64,000 nucleotides of DNA from an uncultured bacterium (GTDB lineage: Bacteria; Chloroflexota; UBA5177; JANWHV01): positions 1,024,001 to 1,088,000 of the forward strand of contig CAWHAE010000009.1 in NCBI GenBank assembly GCA_963827235.1, read 5' to 3'. The translations under genes were made by a program, and so were the position numbers. Within the stretch, counting starts at the first letter, position 1; each line of letters starts with the position of its first letter. Below, piece after piece: positions 1 to 9,398 of this stretch. A model generated the notes under the pieces. It made no database searches and was not told where the DNA came from. It worked only from the letters and a program-made list of their open reading frames with translations.

Positions 1-320
1 TACGGCCTTTTGCAGATAGGAAAGACGGGCCGACGGCACTGATTACAACGACCGACATTGAGGCGGTGGCGGCATTGCATGCGCTAGTGGGTATGGGCCT
101 GCGAGTGCCCGACGATGTGGCCATCGTAACGCTGGGCGACAGCGTGTTCACCCAGCTTGTGCAGCCCCCGATCACGGCAGTGTACTATTCGGTGGAGGAA
201 TTCTGCCGGCTGGCAGTCCAGATGCTGCTCGCGATGATGTCGGGCCAGCATCCGGCACAGCGGCACCAGATTCTTCCAATGACGCTGATTCCGCGGGGCA
301 GTACTACGTCGTCCCGGTAG
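1..320 (+). CDS. LacI/GalR-family regulator, C-terminal ligand-binding part (5'-truncated by the window)
   Basis: Frame is open from the window edge; PTALITTTD...GLRVPDDVAIVTLGDS...PPITAV...LIPRGST is the typical LacI C-terminus. Confidence 0.85.
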   Translation, partial: RPFADRKDGPTALITTTDIEAVAALHALVGMGLRVPDDVAIVTLGDSVFTQLVQPPITAVYYSVEEFCRLAVQMLLAMMSGQHPAQRHQILPMTLIPRGSTTSSR

Positions 321-1986
321 GCGCCTCGACCTCCAGCAACGAGACGCCCGGCAGCGGGAGCGGGAAGGTCACGCGGAGTTCCCGGCCATCGAGTTGGATC
401 AGCCGCTCCGGCGCATACGCCTCCAGGCGCGCCCGCCCGCGCAGTACGTCCAGCTGTCCGGCAGTCGGTGCCTGGGGGTAACCCATCTCCACCCAGGCGG
501 TATGAGCATTGCTATGCTGCCGGTCGATCCGGTAGTGTCGCAGCCGCACCGGTCCACGGTCAAAGGGCAGATCGCGGAGCACCACCGTCACCTCCGCGCG
601 ATCTTGCCGATACTGATCGTCACTGTGGTGCCAGACCAGCACAGCGACCCGGCTGCGCCCGTCGGTTGCCGCCAACCCGTCAATCTCCGCGCGCTCGTCG
701 GGCTGGTCCAGTTGTGCCAGGCCACGGCCACGGCTACTGGTTACCAGCACTCGCTCGCCAGGGAGCCGGGCCAGCAGACGGTAGGCGTTGAGCAGTGGCA
801 TGCACACGTTCTCCGCCGTGAAGAGGCATCGCGTGCCCTCGAAGAAGCGGTCCCCTTCCAGATACCAGGACCAGGTGGTCGCGGCATGGACCCGAGCCAG
901 GCTCAGGCTGTCCAGATCCAGCAACTTCTTCATCAGTTGCACCTGAAATACCGGGTAGTACGCCGTATTGCGGTAGCCGAAGTTGGCATTGTCGTAGACG
1001 CCCCAGTGCGCCGGTACCGAGGCGTCGCATTCGTCGACCAGCACAGGCAGGTCCCGAAATCGCGGGTAGCCCGTGATGGTCCGCAGGTTGGCTGCCACCT
1101 CGCCGAGTATCTTGGGCGTGCTTGGCGAGGCAGACGACGCAGTCGCCACCCCATCCGGGCCGCATGTGCCGTAGCTGCGCCAGGGCGTGAACGCAGCGCC
1201 TTTCGTGTGGAAAGAGATGAAGTCGAGCTGGCTGCCGCGCGCGCCGGATACCGCGTTGGTGCCGTGGGCACAGTGGGCCAGGAACTGGTCGAGAAACGCC
1301 GTCCCACTGCCCGTAGTGGCGGGGCCACCCACACGCGCGGCCGGCAACACGCTCTTGACGGCCGCGGCGGAGATGTCGTAGAGGCGGCAGTAGGCGTCCA
1401 CGCTACCCTGCCAATAGGCAATGTCGGGCTCGTTCCACACTTCCCAGTACCACTCGCGCACTATGTCTGGGCCGAAGCGATCCGAGTAATGGCGCACGGT
1501 GGCCTGCACAAGGTCGTGCCAGCGTTGGAGATCATTTGGCGGCCAAGCCCACAGACCCGCCTCATAGGCGCTATAGACCGACGGCATCGGTGTGAAGGCC
1601 AGAACGGCGGTACTTGGAACCAGGTCCCGCGGGCAGAAACCCAGCTCGACTATGGGCCTGCAGCCATGCTTGACCCAGGCGTCGAACACCGGGTCGACTA
1701 TGAACCAGTCATAGTCCGGCCGGCCCGCCTGGTCTTCATGGTAGATGTTGCCGCTGCTCCAGTGCGGCAGGCCGCGGCCGGGCCCGCTCGTGTACAGGTT
1801 GTGGGCCCGGACGGCGTAGGGCACCTCCATGAAGGTCTGCAGCGTGGCCAGGTTGTCCAGGCCGCGCGAGGTGGCGGTCCAGTTGATCTCGTCGTATCCG
1901 AAGCTGGCCCACAGGCGCCGGAGGGGACCGAGTGCCGCCTGGCAGTCCACGACTACCTGGGCCGGTTGCGCTGTCCCTTCGCCCAC
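304..1986 (-). CDS. Glycoside hydrolase family 39 (beta-xylosidase/iduronidase-like)
   Basis: FGYDEIN, VRAHNL, WEVWNEPD (acid/base), LDFISFHTKG and VDECD (nucleophile) motifs; GGAGGAG RBS before the GTG. Confidence 0.9.
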   Translation of the reverse strand: MGEGTAQPAQVVVDCQAALGPLRRLWASFGYDEINWTATSRGLDNLATLQTFMEVPYAVRAHNLYTSGPGRGLPHWSSGNIYHEDQAGRPDYDWFIVDPVFDAWVKHGCRPIVELGFCPRDLVPSTAVLAFTPMPSVYSAYEAGLWAWPPNDLQRWHDLVQATVRHYSDRFGPDIVREWYWEVWNEPDIAYWQGSVDAYCRLYDISAAAVKSVLPAARVGGPATTGSGTAFLDQFLAHCAHGTNAVSGARGSQLDFISFHTKGAAFTPWRSYGTCGPDGVATASSASPSTPKILGEVAANLRTITGYPRFRDLPVLVDECDASVPAHWGVYDNANFGYRNTAYYPVFQVQLMKKLLDLDSLSLARVHAATTWSWYLEGDRFFEGTRCLFTAENVCMPLLNAYRLLARLPGERVLVTSSRGRGLAQLDQPDERAEIDGLAATDGRSRVAVLVWHHSDDQYRQDRAEVTVVLRDLPFDRGPVRLRHYRIDRQHSNAHTAWVEMGYPQAPTAGQLDVLRGRARLEAYAPERLIQLDGRELRVTFPLPLPGVSLLEVEAPTGTT

Positions 1987-2501
1987 TCCTCCTCCCGACA
2001 GTTACCGCCGTTTCCAGATGTCCGGACGCTGCCTGCATCGCGCACCGGCCTCGTGCGGCCGACGCATCCGCGCACTGTCATAGCCGATGACGGGCTGCGC
2101 GATGTCCCACTCGATCGGGCCCAACCCGTGGGGTGAGTCAGATGGAGGGACAGATCTTCTCGATCGTACACCGAACTGACTTCGAGGGCAGTCAAGGGCG
2201 GGAGGCCCGCATCTTGTCTGAAGGACTTACAGCCGGAGACGCGCCCGGGCTCGCCCGATCGCCGGCCGGCCGGAGTCTTGCTAGAGGCGCGCGGCAGGTG
2301 CACTGATGCGGACAGGCTCACCTGGGCTGCGGCTGCCACGGATGATCATCGAGCTCCGGGTGGAGGGAGAGATCGGTTGCGGCGGTGCATGCCGCGTATT
2401 CCGTAGCGTCAGAACTATCTGACGTATGCCGCAGCGTGTCAGCTTCTCCGGCGTGCCCTGCTTCCAGGCAGACTGTGTGCTCAGGCCCCGATTGGCGGAT
2501 G

Positions 2502-3017
2502 CTACTTGTTCAGCTGGATGCTGTTGAGCATCTGCTGCACAGTCTTGGTTTCCGCCTTGTAGGTTGGACCATTGTAGAGCAGGAGCGCGTCAAAATCATA
2601 GAGATAGGCGCCATGCAACGTGTCGAGCAATGCCATGTCGAGCACCTTGCCCTGGGCCGTCTTGGTGACGATCTCAGACAAGGCATAGGTGATGCCATGA
2701 ATGGACACGAGCTTATAGGACAGTGGTCCCTGGGCTTTGCCTGCGGCCTTGAGCACCTTGGCCTGCTGGGCCTTGATCTCAGCCTCGGTGGCGCTACCTG
2801 CAGTGGCCGAAGCGGTGACAATGGCGTTCGTGTCCGGTGCACCGAACTCAACATCCGTGTTGGACGCGTGCGGCGTGACGGTCCAGGTCGCCGGATACTG
2901 CATATGGTAGCCGTGGATCTTATTCGTATAGGTCTTCATGCCGGCTGCCTGTGCAATGCCGGCAAGGCCCAGGCTCCCGAGCAGGACGGCAAGTGCGAAG
3001 GTGTGCTTGATGCGCAT
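2502..3017 (-). CDS. Secreted protein, PsbP-like
   Basis: Signal peptide MRIKHTFALAVLLGSLGLAGIAQA; YTNxxxGYxMQYPxTW start and QMLNSIQL end resemble PsbP-like proteins; GGGAG RBS. Confidence 0.6.
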   Translation of the reverse strand: MRIKHTFALAVLLGSLGLAGIAQAAGMKTYTNKIHGYHMQYPATWTVTPHASNTDVEFGAPDTNAIVTASATAGSATEAEIKAQQAKVLKAAGKAQGPLSYKLVSIHGITYALSEIVTKTAQGKVLDMALLDTLHGAYLYDFDALLLYNGPTYKAETKTVQQMLNSIQLNK

Positions 3018-3364
3018 CGGCGTACTCCCTGACGTTGGCGCCACTGCCGCAGCTAACCGGTCCCCGAACCTCTCGAGAACCTCGATGTTGAAGCATGCCA
3101 GCCGCTCCCGGTTCGTCTGCGGATGGCGTACGAGCGCGGCGGCGGATTATTGGCTCGGCACCCGGCCCCACCAACGGGCTGTGCCGCAGTGAATCCACTA
3201 TTGATGAGTGATTGCTAATTGTCAATACGCGCTGCATGACTTGCATCGGCCCTCGTTGCCGCCAGACCGCTGTCGTGTTACTCCGGATGTACCGGATCAG
3301 TCGCGCGGACCCGGGTCCGTGCAAATGCCGCGCGGCCACGGGACAGGGCGCGGGCGGACAGCCG

Positions 3365-5236
3365 TTAGGTGACGAGGAACGTAGCGGCCGCGTTGTCCCA
3401 CAGATACAGCGGCTTCCAGCCTGGGCCGAAGATGCCGATCTTGAAGGTGTAGGTACCGGACGAGCGGCCAGCGGGCACGTGCCATGCGATGCTGAAGGAG
3501 CGCGGCGTGCCGGCGGCGAAGCTCTGCCCGGCGGCAAACCACTGGAAGACCTTGGCGCCGGCGGCGTCGTAGACCTCGAAGTCGACGACCGTGCCGCTCA
3601 GGCGCACATTGACCCGGATCGCGGCACCCAGGTGCTCCGAGCCGCCGCGCGGCACGCGACCGGGGACGGCCGAGGACCGGACGATCGCGGGGGTGACAAC
3701 CGTAGCCACGGCGCTCGCTCTTGCCCCGGCAACAAGGGTGGCGGTTGCCGCGGCCAGTGCCTGACCAGGACTGCCGTTCGGGGTGGCAGTCTTCGTACTG
3801 GCGGCGCCTCCGCTTGGAGAGGCTGCGGCCGTGGGGCCGGCCAGGCGGTAGCCGCCGCCGGCATAGTACTGCCGCGCCTTCATGCGCAGGTACCCCCCAT
3901 CGTCGTCGGTCACGGTGCTGATATGGTCGTTACAGATGCGGCCGCTGCTCAATCCGTCGCCGGTGCAGAAGCTGGGAGGGTTGGTGATGCCGTCTCTCTT
4001 GCCGTCCCAGTGCACCGTACTGCCCGCGTTGCCGGCTCCGAACAGCAAGCCGACGATGCCCGCCTGAGCGAGCTGGCCGATGTGCGCGAAGAAGTATTCG
4101 GCGCGATTGTCTTGATAGTGGCCGTCGGTATTGTTCTCACTGTCGAAGTACTGGTTGCCTTCGGGGATCTGCCAGATGAGGAAGGGGCGCCCGGCTGCCA
4201 GGTGCGCGGCGCGTATGTAGCTCTCCCAACGGAGAAAGTTGGGAAACGCGACGCTGAGACGATCCCACCAGACGGAGGGGTTGTGCTCGACGTACTTGTA
4301 GTACCCCGCATCGCGATCCAGGACGTCGTTGGTGAGCAGATCGTAGGCACCGGTGCCAGCCGGCAGACCGGCAATACCGCTCTGGGCGGCGAAGCGTCCG
4401 GCCTCGGTGCCCAGCGCCGCGGCGTCCAGCGATGGGCTCGTGTCGCTGCCGACGTCGCGCAGGGTACCCCAGTTGCTGATGTGGAAGGCGAGGAGGACAT
4501 TGGGCGCATAGCGGTCGCGCAGATGCAGCAGCGCCCAGTTGAAGCCCTGGAACGTATTGGGATAGGCGGCTACATCGGCGTCTCCGGAGCCGGCCACGGA
4601 CGCCTTCAGATAGGACGGATTATTGCCGCTTCTCGTGCAGTAGCCGGAGCAGAGGCTGTTGTCGAGAACGGCCTGCAAGGCATAACCACCGGTGAAATCG
4701 GGCTCGATCTGCACGACGACGGTCTTGCCGAAGCCGGCGACGCCGTCGTACGTTCCGGGACCGAGCCGCTTCATGAGCAGAGCGAAGTTCCGATAGTAGC
4801 TTGCCATCAGGCTTGCGTCGTTCAGGTTGGCGAGGTCCCGCCGGTTCTCGCCGCAGCCCCCGCAGCTCCCACTACTCTGCAACAGCTCATAGTAGGAGAA
4901 GAAGGGGATGTATCCATGCTTGGCGGCACTCTCGGCGTACCAGAGGGGATACTGTCCCTTCGTATTCCAGGTCTCCCAGCCGGTTCCAGTATTGACGCCT
5001 CCTGCCAGGTAGGCGTACGCGTAGTCCCATGGGATGCCGGATGCCGGCATCCAGCCGGTGAGGCCCGTGGCGTCCGGCGCGGCGGAAAGGCCAATGCCGA
5101 AATGGCCCGGCAACCTGCCCGGCACGGCGGCTGCCCGCGCCTGGCGCAGCGGATCGATGCGCGGCCCGCCTCCGGGCAGGGCTATGACGCACGCGGCAGC
5201 AGCCGCGAGGGCAATCCGCAGCAAGCCGGTCTGCAT
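3365..5236 (-). CDS. Secreted putative glycoside hydrolase with an Ala/Thr linker and a C-terminal beta-sandwich module
   Basis: AAGGAG RBS before ATG 5236; signal peptide; aromatic-rich domain (WDYAYAYLAGGVNTG, IEPDF, WQIPEGN); C-terminal VDFEVYD...GTYTFKIGIF module. Confidence 0.6.
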   Translation of the reverse strand: MQTGLLRIALAAAAACVIALPGGGPRIDPLRQARAAAVPGRLPGHFGIGLSAAPDATGLTGWMPASGIPWDYAYAYLAGGVNTGTGWETWNTKGQYPLWYAESAAKHGYIPFFSYYELLQSSGSCGGCGENRRDLANLNDASLMASYYRNFALLMKRLGPGTYDGVAGFGKTVVVQIEPDFTGGYALQAVLDNSLCSGYCTRSGNNPSYLKASVAGSGDADVAAYPNTFQGFNWALLHLRDRYAPNVLLAFHISNWGTLRDVGSDTSPSLDAAALGTEAGRFAAQSGIAGLPAGTGAYDLLTNDVLDRDAGYYKYVEHNPSVWWDRLSVAFPNFLRWESYIRAAHLAAGRPFLIWQIPEGNQYFDSENNTDGHYQDNRAEYFFAHIGQLAQAGIVGLLFGAGNAGSTVHWDGKRDGITNPPSFCTGDGLSSGRICNDHISTVTDDDGGYLRMKARQYYAGGGYRLAGPTAAASPSGGAASTKTATPNGSPGQALAAATATLVAGARASAVATVVTPAIVRSSAVPGRVPRGGSEHLGAAIRVNVRLSGTVVDFEVYDAAGAKVFQWFAAGQSFAAGTPRSFSIAWHVPAGRSSGTYTFKIGIFGPGWKPLYLWDNAAATFLVT

Positions 5237-5353
5237 GGGCTTGACTCCTTCCGGCGCTCCATCACACAGGAAGTCATTCGTACCATGGAGGACCACAACG
5301 CCACAATCCCCTATCGCGGGTGGACCAGGTGTCTGACCCGGGGGACGTGCGTG

Positions 5354-8300
5354 CTAGGTGCGGGCCAGCAATACGGCCTGCTCCAGGGTGAGACGCCGTC
5401 CGCGGTCACGGGCGTCCGCCTCCCGCTTTTCGCCGAGCTGCTCGCGCGCTGCCTGCACGGACCGCTGCAGTCCGGACCACTCACTGCCGGCGGCGGCGAT
5501 GCCAAGCTCTTCGCATTGGGCGGCAACCGTGCCGGCCAGGCAGGTGGCGCGCTCGTACTGGCCCAGGCCGATCAGGGCCTCGGAGAGCACGACCAGGGAG
5601 GCTAGCACGTTGCGCCGGTCGCCACATTCCTGGAACAGCTCGGCGCTGAGGCGCATGAGATCGGCCGAGCGGGCGAAATTCCCGCCGCGAAAGGCCACGT
5701 CGCCGAGATTGTTGAGGACGTGTGCCGTCTCGACGGCGGCGCTGGAGAGGCGCGCGTGCACAAGGCTCTCCTCCAGTGCCTTCGTGGCCAGGTCGAGCCG
5801 GCCAAGCTCCCGGTAGGCCGCGCCAGTGTTGGAGAGCGTGGCTGCCAGGGCGACGGAGTCGCCGATCGCACGGAAGAGGTCGAGCGCATCGGCATACGTG
5901 GCGATGGCTTGCTCGTAGTGGCCCCGGAAGTAGGCGATATTGCCGAGGTTGCAGAGCATGGCGGCAATACGATGCTTGATGCCGAGCGGTCGATAGAGCG
6001 CCAACGCTTCCTCGTAGAGCCTGGTGGCGCCGTCGAGATCCTCTTTGTCACTGGCGATCATACCCAGCACGTTAAGACAATCGGCGACGCCCTCCAAGTT
6101 GCCGAGGTCCCGGCACAGCGCGCGACCCTGCTCGGCTCGCACGGTGGCGCGGTCGTAGCTGTTCAGGGAGTAGGCGAGAGTGGCGCTGCCCACCAACGCC
6201 TTGGCGCGTGCCGCGGGGGTGGCGGCGCCTGCCGCGTCATCCATGCGCAAGAGTGTCTCCAGCCACTCGGAGCCTTCGCCGCTGTAGCCCCGGATGTCCC
6301 AATATCGCCTCAAGGCGCCGGCGAGTCTGAGGCCCGGGCTGAGCTTCAACTGCTCGACGGTCCAGCGGAGGGCGGCGCGGAAGTTCTCCTGCTCGCTTTC
6401 CAGGTGATCCAGGCAGGCGGCCTGCTCGGCGCCGCCCCACAGGCTGGGCTCGGCATGCTCGGCCAGGGCAAGGTAGCAGTCCAGATGGCGGTCGCGTAGC
6501 AACGGCAGCTCACCGGCGGCCAGGCAGAGCTCGTGCGCATACTGGCGCACCGGTTCCAGGAAGCGGTAGTGAGCTTCGCCGCTGCGTGCCTCGATGTGGA
6601 CGAGCGACTTGCCGACCAGGCTGCTGGTGAGGTCGAGGACGGCGTCCTGGGCGACGTCCGGCGGGTTGCCCGCTCGCTTCTTCTGCGTGAGGGGGCAGAC
6701 GGCTTCGGCTGCTTCGAGCGTCCAGCCACCGACGAATACCGCCAGCCGCCGGAGAAGCACGCGCTCGGGCTCGGAGAGCAGCGTGTAGCTCCAGTCGAGC
6801 GTGGCGTGGAGCGTGCGCTGCCGCGGCAAGGCCGTGCGCGGGCCGTCGGTCAGCATGTGGAAGCAATCGTCGAGGCGGGAAGCAAGGGCCTGCACAGGGT
6901 AGACGTTGGTGCGCGCGGCAGCCAGCTCGATAGCCAGGGGAATACCGTCCAACGTGCGGCAGATCTGTGCCACTGCCCGGCGCGCGGCGGCGCTCTCGAG
7001 GTTTTCCACGGACGCGGCTTTGGCGCGAGCGAGGAAGAGGGTGACGGCTTCGAAGCCGGTGAGCGCGGCGTCCAGCGCGTCGAGCGGCGGGATCGAGAGC
7101 GAGTCGACGTGATACACTGCCTCGCCGGGCACACCGAGCCGTTCGCGACTGGTGGCCAGCACCTTCAGCTCCGGGCACGCCGTGAGAAGGGTGGCGACCA
7201 GGGCGGCGCTGGGCGAAAGGAGGTGCTCGCAGTTGTCGAGGATCAGGAGCAGCCTCCGGGGAGCGAGAAAGGCGGCCAGGGTTGCCGAGAGCGATCGCGA
7301 GGCCTCCTCTTTCACGCCGAGCGTCGCGGCGATGCGGCGCGCCACCATCTGACGATCGACTTCGTCGGCGGTCAGCGCTGCCAGCTCCACCAGCCACACG
7401 CCGTCCGCGTAGGCATCGACCAACCGATCCGCAGTCTCGAGGGCCAGGCGGGTCTTGCCACAGCCGCCAGCGCCGGTGAGCGTCAGCAGCCGCGCGCGGG
7501 CAAGCTCCAACGCGATTTCCTCCCGCTCACGGGCCCGACCGACGAAGCTGGTGAGCGCGACCGGCAGGTTGGTGAGGCGCGGCGGCCTGGTCTCACGGGG
7601 TGGGCGGGTGGCCGGGACGGGTGCACTCTCCTGATCGCGCAGGCGAGCGCGCAAGGCGACGAGATCGCGCGAGGGAGAGACGCCGAGATCGCGCGCAAGG
7701 TTGGCCGTGATCTGCTCGTAGGCACGGAGGGCATCCGTGCGACGACCTGCCGCGGCAAGCAGTCCCATCAGCCTGGCCGTCGCCTCTTCGTTGCAGGAGT
7801 CCTGAGCCAGAACGGCGTGCAGACAGGCCTCCGCCTCCGCGAAATTGCCCTGGGCGCCGCAGAGATCGGCGAGATGGAGGAGAAGGGCGGCGTGCAGATC
7901 GCGCAGACCGTCGCGCCGGGCAAGAACCCACTCCTCGTACGGATCGTCCGGCAGGTAGTCTCCCTTGTAGAGGTCGAGAGCTCGGCGGCTTAGCTCCGCG
8001 TCCTCGCCTGCCAGAGCGGCCCGGGCGCGGGTCTCGAACGCCTGCGCGTCGAGCCACTCGCTTCCGCTGGGGACGGTCAGGCGCAGAACGTCGTCCTCCA
8101 GCGATACCAGGTAGGCGGCGTCGCCCAGGATGCTGCGCAGAGCATGCAGGGCCGTGTAGAGGTTGCGGGTGGCGGCGGAGGGATCGGCCTCCGGCCAGAG
8201 CAACTCGAGCAACTGCTCGCGCGCCAAGGTCTGTGCCGGGGCGCCGATCAGAGCCTTGAACAGGCTACCGGCCTTTCGCCGCCTCCATGGCTCGGCGGGG

Positions 8301-8590
8301 AGCGGCTGCCCCGACCAGGATACCGAGAAGCCGCCCAGCGTACGCACCCGCAGTGGAAGGGCGTGAGCGGCCGGATCGGGGGGCGGCGCGACGTCTCGCG
8401 GTGCATTGGCGCCGAGGTAGCGGCGGCGCACCCTGCCCTCTTCACGCCAGACGGCATACCAGTATGGGCCATGGCCGGCGCCGTCGCGACAGGTGGCGCA
8501 GGCAAGCTTGCCGCAGCGGCGAAACTGGCGGCTATAGGTAATATGAGTTCCCGGCGGCGGCAACGTCGACACCATAGCTAGCGTCCCCAC
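5354..8590 (-). CDS. AfsR/SARP-family STAND regulator: Cys-rich DUF6788-like N-terminus, wHTH-BTAD, NB-ARC-like ATPase, TPR
   Basis: RCGKxxCxxC...HGPYWY; LRVRTLGGF; ALDLYKGDYLPDDPYEEW (BTAD); GAGGCGKT Walker A; LILDNCEH; GIPLAIELAA; TPR repeats. The start could be ATG 8575. Confidence 0.9.
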   Translation of the reverse strand: MGTLAMVSTLPPPGTHITYSRQFRRCGKLACATCRDGAGHGPYWYAVWREEGRVRRRYLGANAPRDVAPPPDPAAHALPLRVRTLGGFSVSWSGQPLPAEPWRRRKAGSLFKALIGAPAQTLAREQLLELLWPEADPSAATRNLYTALHALRSILGDAAYLVSLEDDVLRLTVPSGSEWLDAQAFETRARAALAGEDAELSRRALDLYKGDYLPDDPYEEWVLARRDGLRDLHAALLLHLADLCGAQGNFAEAEACLHAVLAQDSCNEEATARLMGLLAAAGRRTDALRAYEQITANLARDLGVSPSRDLVALRARLRDQESAPVPATRPPRETRPPRLTNLPVALTSFVGRAREREEIALELARARLLTLTGAGGCGKTRLALETADRLVDAYADGVWLVELAALTADEVDRQMVARRIAATLGVKEEASRSLSATLAAFLAPRRLLLILDNCEHLLSPSAALVATLLTACPELKVLATSRERLGVPGEAVYHVDSLSIPPLDALDAALTGFEAVTLFLARAKAASVENLESAAARRAVAQICRTLDGIPLAIELAAARTNVYPVQALASRLDDCFHMLTDGPRTALPRQRTLHATLDWSYTLLSEPERVLLRRLAVFVGGWTLEAAEAVCPLTQKKRAGNPPDVAQDAVLDLTSSLVGKSLVHIEARSGEAHYRFLEPVRQYAHELCLAAGELPLLRDRHLDCYLALAEHAEPSLWGGAEQAACLDHLESEQENFRAALRWTVEQLKLSPGLRLAGALRRYWDIRGYSGEGSEWLETLLRMDDAAGAATPAARAKALVGSATLAYSLNSYDRATVRAEQGRALCRDLGNLEGVADCLNVLGMIASDKEDLDGATRLYEEALALYRPLGIKHRIAAMLCNLGNIAYFRGHYEQAIATYADALDLFRAIGDSVALAATLSNTGAAYRELGRLDLATKALEESLVHARLSSAAVETAHVLNNLGDVAFRGGNFARSADLMRLSAELFQECGDRRNVLASLVVLSEALIGLGQYERATCLAGTVAAQCEELGIAAAGSEWSGLQRSVQAAREQLGEKREADARDRGRRLTLEQAVLLART

Positions 8591-8773
8591 CCGACTCGAG
8601 CTGCGTGCGCGGTGAACTGTTTCCCAGGACGGCGCCAGTGTAGCACAAGATGAGGCCGTTCACTAGAGGCAAAAGGTCCGATCCGGCGCCAGTGGCTCAG
8701 GACGTTGCCCAAGATCCAGCATGCGTATCACAAGACAGATCCAAGGCACCAGAGAAGTAGTGCCTGGGGGTCG

Positions 8774-8806
8774 TGCAAGAAGTATGCAAGAGGGCGCACG
8801 TATGAT
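8774..8806 (+). promoter_or_regulatory. SARP-type heptamer direct repeat (TGCAAGA-N4-TGCAAGA) followed by -10 TATGAT
   Basis: TGCAAGA at 8774-8780 and 8785-8791 (11-bp period); TATGAT at 8801-8806; lies between the divergent SARP gene and the small gene. Confidence 0.6.
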
Positions 8807-8969
8807 GGCCTCATGACCGGAGGCAACCGGCCACCACGATCCCGCTGGTTGACGACGGGCAAGGAAGGTTGAACCCGCTCGCCGGGGCAGTGACGCCGCC
8901 ATCGCGTCGGGGAGGGATGCAACGGCACAGGTGCAGGGCAGCGACAAGAGGTGCCGGAGTAAAGGAGGA

Positions 8970-9200
8970 ATGCCGATTGCTCGCTATCGTTCGTATCTCG
9001 TGCGCGTGTGGACGAGTGCCGGCAGGGATGGGCCACAGTGGGCCGGCCGCGTGCAGTGCATTCAGGATGAAACGGAGCAGCGCCGCTTCCACGATCCCGA
9101 CGCGATGCTGGACTACCTGAGACTTGCCGTGCGGGAGGGCGAGGCTGATGGCAGCGAGCCCGGGCCGGGCGGTCGACGCGACCGCTGTTCCGAGGCCTGA
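8970..9200 (+). CDS. Small hypothetical protein (SYLxRxW...WxGRV...RRF type)
   Basis: AAAGGAGG immediately before ATG 8970; the motif is recognisable from small Chloroflexota proteins near BTAD regulators. Confidence 0.65.
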   Translation: MPIARYRSYLVRVWTSAGRDGPQWAGRVQCIQDETEQRRFHDPDAMLDYLRLAVREGEADGSEPGPGGRRDRCSEA

Positions 9201-9398
9201 CACTCGCGTGCTCAGCAGGTGACCACCCGCATACCGAGAGCCGGAAGCGTGATGGGGTGTTCGCCCTGGTGCGGGGCAGCCGGCTCGACTACTGAAAGAG
9301 GCGGCAGGCAAGCAGAAAGGAGGAGCCACGAAACCCCGGAACGGACTCTGCATTGGCGGAGACTGCTTGGCCAGCAATCATGATGAAAGGATGCCCAC

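Noticed and set aside
394-7993. Long antisense ORFs (394-2136, 3212-5605, 6533-7993; similarly 12762-14594 and 19817-21436)
   Set aside because: Shadow frames of real high-GC genes on the opposite strand, with no motifs
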